Below are positions 40,785 through 44,548 of a stretch of 44,548 bases of DNA, piece after piece. The notes under the pieces were generated by a model. The model searched no databases, was not told where the DNA came from, and worked only from the letters and a program-made list of their open reading frames with translations. The DNA comes from Thermoanaerobaculia bacterium. Lineage in GTDB: Bacteria; Acidobacteriota; Thermoanaerobaculia; Multivoradales; JAGPDF01. Numbering within the stretch: the first letter of the stretch is position 1; each line of letters begins with the position of its first letter. The translations under genes were made by a program, and so were the position numbers. The stretch lies in contig JBDTQT010000003.1 of NCBI GenBank assembly GCA_039932055.1, forward strand, positions 1-44,548. The letters run 5' to 3'.

Positions 40785-42041
40785 ATGTGGAACCTGCCGC
40801 TGATCGTCAAGCTCTTCCGGCGTACAGCCGGCATCAACCGCAAGCGCATGGTCATGACCGTCGCCGCCATCGCCTGGGGGACGCTGTCGATCGTTCTGCT
40901 GCTGTCATTCGGCGAAGGGCTGAAGCGCAATCTCACGAAGGGCAGCCGGGGGTTGGGCGAGGGCATCATCGTCATCTGGCCGGGGGCGACTTCGAAGGCC
41001 TTCGCCGGATTTCCGCAGGGGCGGAATCTGCGCTTCCTGCCGGAGGATGCAGATCTGCTCGAGGCCAACATTCCGGAGCTCGCGCTCACCTCGGCCGAGA
41101 TGCGGCGGTGGGGCAATACCGTGACCTACGGACGCAAGACCCTCACCAAGCCGGTGGTCGGAGTGGAGCCGGCCTACGGCGAGCTGCGCAATCAGATCCC
41201 CCAGGTGGGCGGCCGTTTTCTCAATGATCGTGACGAGGAGCTCAAGCGCCGGGTGGTCTTCCTCGGTAACGACCTCAAGGACGAGCTGTTCGCCGAAAAG
41301 GAGGCGATCGGCGAGACGATCTTCATCAACCAGGTGCCGTTCATCGTCGTCGGCGTGATGCAGAAGAAGATCCAGATGGGCACCTACGGCGGACCAGACG
41401 CCAACAACGCGGTGGTTCCGCTGTCGACCTTCCGCGCCATTTTCGGTAAGCGTTACGTCTCCGACCTGGTGGTGCGCGCGACGAGTCCGGAGGTCAACGA
41501 AGCGGTGAAGAAGCGGCTCTACCAGATCCTCGGGTCGAAGTACCGCTTCGACCCGACCGACGAGCGTGCGCTCGCCATGTGGGACACCGTCGAATCGCAG
41601 AAGATCACCGCCAACATCGGCATCGGTATCGAGATCTTCCTCGGCATCATCGGCGCCCTGACGCTGCTCATCGGCGGCATCGGCGTCGCCAACATCATGT
41701 ATGCCGTGGTCAAACACCGGACGAAGGAGATCGGCGTGCAGATGGCGCTCGGGGCACGACGGTCCTACGTCATCGGACCGTTGGTCGTCGAATCGCTCTC
41801 GCTCACCGCGATGGGCGGCCTGATCGGCATCGTCGTTGGCGTCGGCCTGGTCCAGCTGCTCGCCTTCCTGCAATCGAAAGCGCACAGCGATGCCCTCGAG
41901 TTCATGGGCGCCCCGACCTTCTCGCTCGGGGTCGCCTTCACGACGGTGGGGTTGCTGGGCTCGATCGGCTTTCTCGCCGGCTTCTTCCCTTCCCGACGCG
42001 CGGTCACCATCCAACCCGCGGTCGCGCTGCGCTACGAGTGA
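40785..42041 (+). CDS. ABC transporter permease, MacB/FtsX family (paralog)
   Basis: Motifs IAWGTLSIVLLLSFGEG, GGRFLN, IGGIGVANIM...RTKEIGVQMALGA and PSRRAVTIQPAVALRYE. Confidence 0.94.
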   Translation: MWNLPLIVKLFRRTAGINRKRMVMTVAAIAWGTLSIVLLLSFGEGLKRNLTKGSRGLGEGIIVIWPGATSKAFAGFPQGRNLRFLPEDADLLEANIPELALTSAEMRRWGNTVTYGRKTLTKPVVGVEPAYGELRNQIPQVGGRFLNDRDEELKRRVVFLGNDLKDELFAEKEAIGETIFINQVPFIVVGVMQKKIQMGTYGGPDANNAVVPLSTFRAIFGKRYVSDLVVRATSPEVNEAVKKRLYQILGSKYRFDPTDERALAMWDTVESQKITANIGIGIEIFLGIIGALTLLIGGIGVANIMYAVVKHRTKEIGVQMALGARRSYVIGPLVVESLSLTAMGGLIGIVVGVGLVQLLAFLQSKAHSDALEFMGAPTFSLGVAFTTVGLLGSIGFLAGFFPSRRAVTIQPAVALRYE

Positions 42042-42052
42042 GGTAGAGGATC

Positions 42053-42799
42053 ATGAACTTGTTCGTCGGACGGAACAGCAAGAAGATTGCCGCCGTGGAG
42101 ACGGTCCCTGCAATCATCGACATGCGCGACCTGCGCAAGGTCTACGACACCGGGGCGGTCAAGGTCGAGGCGCTCAAGGGGATCGAACTCAAGGTCGAAG
42201 CCGGGGAGTTCGTCGCCATCGTCGGTCCGTCCGGCTCCGGCAAGTCGACCTTGCTCAACATCGTCGGTTGCCTCGACACGCCGAGCGGCGGTTCCTACCG
42301 CCTGGACGGCGAGGAGGTCGCGGAGCTCGACGTCGACGAGCTCGCCGACATCCGCAACCGCAAGGTCGGCTTCGTCTTCCAGAGCTTCAACCTGCTGCCG
42401 CAGATCACCGCTTACGAGAACGTCGAGCTGCCGCTGCTCTTCCACGGCGACGGCGCCCGCGAGCGCCAGGCGCGGGTCGAGTTGCTGTTCGAGCAGGTCG
42501 GCCTCGCCGACCGCATGCATCACCGGCCGACCGAGCTCTCGGGCGGTCAGATGCAGCGCGTCGCGATCGCCCGCGCCCTGGCCTGCGAGCCGGCGCTGGT
42601 GCTCGCCGACGAGCCGACCGGGAACCTCGACTCTTCCTCGGGCAAGGACATCATGTCGCTGTTCGAAGATCTCGCCGCCAAGGGCCACACCCTCGTCCTC
42701 ATCACCCACGACAACGCCCTCGCCAAGCGGACGCGGCGCATCGTGCAGATTCAGGACGGCCGGATCGTCGACGACCGGCCGACCGAAGTCGCGGCCTGA
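42053..42799 (+). CDS. ABC transporter ATP-binding protein (MacB/LolD-like)
   Basis: Motifs GPSGSGKST, GFVFQSFNLL, LSGGQMQRVAIARAL, LADEPTGNLD and ITHD. Confidence 0.96.
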   Translation: MNLFVGRNSKKIAAVETVPAIIDMRDLRKVYDTGAVKVEALKGIELKVEAGEFVAIVGPSGSGKSTLLNIVGCLDTPSGGSYRLDGEEVAELDVDELADIRNRKVGFVFQSFNLLPQITAYENVELPLLFHGDGARERQARVELLFEQVGLADRMHHRPTELSGGQMQRVAIARALACEPALVLADEPTGNLDSSSGKDIMSLFEDLAAKGHTLVLITHDNALAKRTRRIVQIQDGRIVDDRPTEVAA

Positions 42800-42863
42800 T
42801 CGCGCGGCGTTCTCCAGGATTCGGCTGCCGGCGGCGATGGCCGTGGCAATTGCGCGGGTTCGC

Positions 42864-43008
42864 CCCGGTATTCGAGCAGCCAAGGTACCGACGAGGGGTG
42901 GCTGGACCGAGGGCTCCCATAGGCGCGGAGCGCGCTTCCTCAGCGCGAGCACCTATGGGAAGCGGGCCAGACAGGACCCCGAGCCGAACGCTGCCCGGTC
43001 GTTCCGGG
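42864..43008 (-). other. Nested inverted-repeat element (structured RNA, REP/MITE-like or 3' stabiliser) between convergent genes
   Basis: Inner stem TCCCATAGG(C)GC 42915-42926 pairs with GC(A)CCTATGGGA 42949-42960, enclosing CGCGCT/AGCGCG. Outer pairs are CTGG/CCAG, GGGGT/ACCCC, GCAGC/GCTGC and CCCGG/CCGGG. Confidence 0.6.
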
Positions 43009-43009
43009 T

Positions 43010-44098
43010 TCAGCGGACGCGGCTCTTGCGATTGCGGATGTAGTCGGTGAGGAGGAACTCGCCGAGATTGTCGGGGGAGGCGAAGTAGGCGCGGCCGCGA
43101 TTGACCTTGGTGAGCTGGTCGACGAACTCCTGCAGGAAGTTGTCGGTGGCGATCATGAAGGTCGTGATGACGATCTTCTGCCGCCGGCAGAGGTCCGCCT
43201 CCTCGAGCGTCAGATTGACGATGCGCAGGTCGAGGCCGAACGGATTCTTGTACACCTGGCCGTTCTCGGTGATCGCCGAGGGCTTGCCGTCGGTGATCAG
43301 GATGATCTGTTTGTTCGGCTGTTTCTGTCGCGTCAGCAGGCCGCGTGCGAGCTGCAGCGCCTCGCGGGTATTGGTGTGGAACGGTCCGGCCTCGAGGTAG
43401 GGCAGGTCGCGGATGGCGATGCGCTGCGCGCGGTCGCCGAAGGTGATGACCGAGAGATGGTCCTTCGGATACTTGGTGGTGATGAGCTCGGTCAACGCCA
43501 GCGCCACCGTTTTCGCCGGGGTGATCCGGTCCTCGCCGTAGAGGATCATCGAGTGACTGATGTCGATCGCCACCACGGTAGCGCAGGCGGTCTGGTGCTC
43601 GGTCTCGAAGACCTCGAGGTCCTCTTCCGCCAGCTCGAGCTCGCCCTGCGTGCGCTTCAGGGCATTGCTCAGCGAGCGCACCGAATCGATGCGGGCCAGG
43701 TCGTCGCCGAAGGCGTACGGCTTCGACTCGGGCAGAGTCTCGACACCTTCGCCGCTGCTACGGATGGCGTGATAGCCCGGCGTCCCCTTGGCGAGGCCGG
43801 AGAAGATCTGCTCGAAGGCGCTCTTGCGGATCTGGCGCTCGCCGGCGCCGGAGAGAACCAGGCCGCCCTCGCCGTCGCTCTCGAGCAGCCGCTGCTTTTC
43901 GAGCTCGGCGAAGAAGGCCTCGAGATCCACCGACTCGTCGATGTAGCCCTGCTCCTGGAGATAGCGCATCCACTCCATCGCCTCTTCGGCGTCGCCTGCC
44001 GAGGCGAGCAGCAACTGGTTGAAGAGCCGCATGAGGTCGATCCCCGCCAGCATCTGGCGCAGCAGGTCGGGGTCGAGATGGAAGTAGCGATGGCGCAT
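43010..44098 (-). CDS. von Willebrand factor A (MIDAS) domain protein, partner of chelatase-like AAA+ ATPase
   Basis: MIDAS motif DISHSM, TNTREAL and ITDGKP, plus YGEDRITPAK and YAFGDDL..ID..SL.NAL. Confidence 0.9.
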   Translation of the reverse strand: MRHRYFHLDPDLLRQMLAGIDLMRLFNQLLLASAGDAEEAMEWMRYLQEQGYIDESVDLEAFFAELEKQRLLESDGEGGLVLSGAGERQIRKSAFEQIFSGLAKGTPGYHAIRSSGEGVETLPESKPYAFGDDLARIDSVRSLSNALKRTQGELELAEEDLEVFETEHQTACATVVAIDISHSMILYGEDRITPAKTVALALTELITTKYPKDHLSVITFGDRAQRIAIRDLPYLEAGPFHTNTREALQLARGLLTRQKQPNKQIILITDGKPSAITENGQVYKNPFGLDLRIVNLTLEEADLCRRQKIVITTFMIATDNFLQEFVDQLTKVNRGRAYFASPDNLGEFLLTDYIRNRKSRVR

Positions 44099-44120
44099 GG
44101 CTGGTCTGAGAAAGCCCCGG

Positions 44121-44546
44121 CTAGTTGATCTCGCCGGTGCCGCGCCGCCCGCGGCGTGGCGGCTTGAGCAGCTGGAACTTCAGCAGTTCCTTGTAACTTA
44201 TGGTGCTGTCGATGTCGTGACGGGCGAGCTTGACGCTCTGGTGCAGGCCGTCGAGCACGAGCTCAGCCCAGAAGGCGAGCTGCTCGCGCGATCCGCCCTG
44301 CGCCGCCACCATCGCCGTGAGCCCGGGAATGCGGGCGAGCTCGGTCTCATACTCCGCGAACGGCATCTCGTCCGAGAGGGTCACGGCGTTGCCGGCCGCG
44401 AACCAGGCGAGGATCGGCGCATAAGGTCCGGGCTCGTCGACGGTTCCCGCCGGGTCGCGCTCGAGCTCGGGGAAGCGTCCTTCGAAGAGCTTTTTCACCG
44501 CCGTCCCGATGAGCTTTCTCGCCACCACTTCCGGCCCCTGCTGCTC
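44121..44546 (-). CDS. C-terminal part of a magnesium-chelatase-like AAA+ ATPase (5'-truncated by window edge)
   Basis: The frame is open to the window edge and reads EQQGPEVVARKLIG...ILAWF..GN...ELVLDGLHQ..KL. This matches my recollection of the C-terminus of chelatase-like ATPases encoded upstream of this vWA family; the ATPase motifs lie outside the window. Confidence 0.65.
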   Translation of the reverse strand, partial: EQQGPEVVARKLIGTAVKKLFEGRFPELERDPAGTVDEPGPYAPILAWFAAGNAVTLSDEMPFAEYETELARIPGLTAMVAAQGGSREQLAFWAELVLDGLHQSVKLARHDIDSTISYKELLKFQLLKPPRRGRRGTGEIN

Positions 44547-44548
44547 GC

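Noticed and set aside
42800-43009. Small CDS or tRNA in the ABC-vWA gap
   Set aside because: No cloverleaf or T-loop consensus in a tRNA context. ORFs crossing the gap are run-ons of shadow frames without credible starts.

Overview
A very GC-rich, gene-dense bacterial chromosomal segment containing about 35 real CDSs, two of them cut by the window edges. I see no rRNA, tRNA, CRISPR array, integrase or transposase. The gene style (many TPR proteins, a membrane Ser/Thr kinase, a Zn-ribbon rhomboid, a secreted protein with a tandem beta-sandwich tail) suggests Acidobacteriota such as Thermoanaerobaculia; this is an inference only. In order, the content is: GT2/GT4 glycosyltransferases; TPR-PDZ protein, Hanks kinase and a degenerate S9 peptidase-like lipoprotein; a Cys-rich Zn-ribbon protein; moaA, malQ, speA; an SGNH-PKD protein; TPM protein, membrane protein, rhomboid and ABC exporter; a secreted Pro/Ala-repeat protein; a molybdopterin oxidoreductase and SDR; lhr; an OMP beta-barrel, osmC, NTF2-like and DUF456-like proteins; a GH38 alpha-mannosidase; sseA-sufE-TPR-murJ-transglutaminase/TPR; trmL; a MacAB-type four-gene ABC system; and a vWA plus chelatase-like AAA pair. 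Many long ORFs in the supplied track are GC shadow ORFs or are over-extended, so I re-called the starts. I could not identify a clear, self-contained novel system. The best leads are a roughly 145-nt nested hairpin element at 42864-43008, a probable pseudo-peptidase next to a kinase and TPR-PDZ protein, a transglutaminase-TPR lipoprotein coupled to murJ, a probable CTG-initiated Zn-ribbon rhomboid, and recurrent leaderless promoters.
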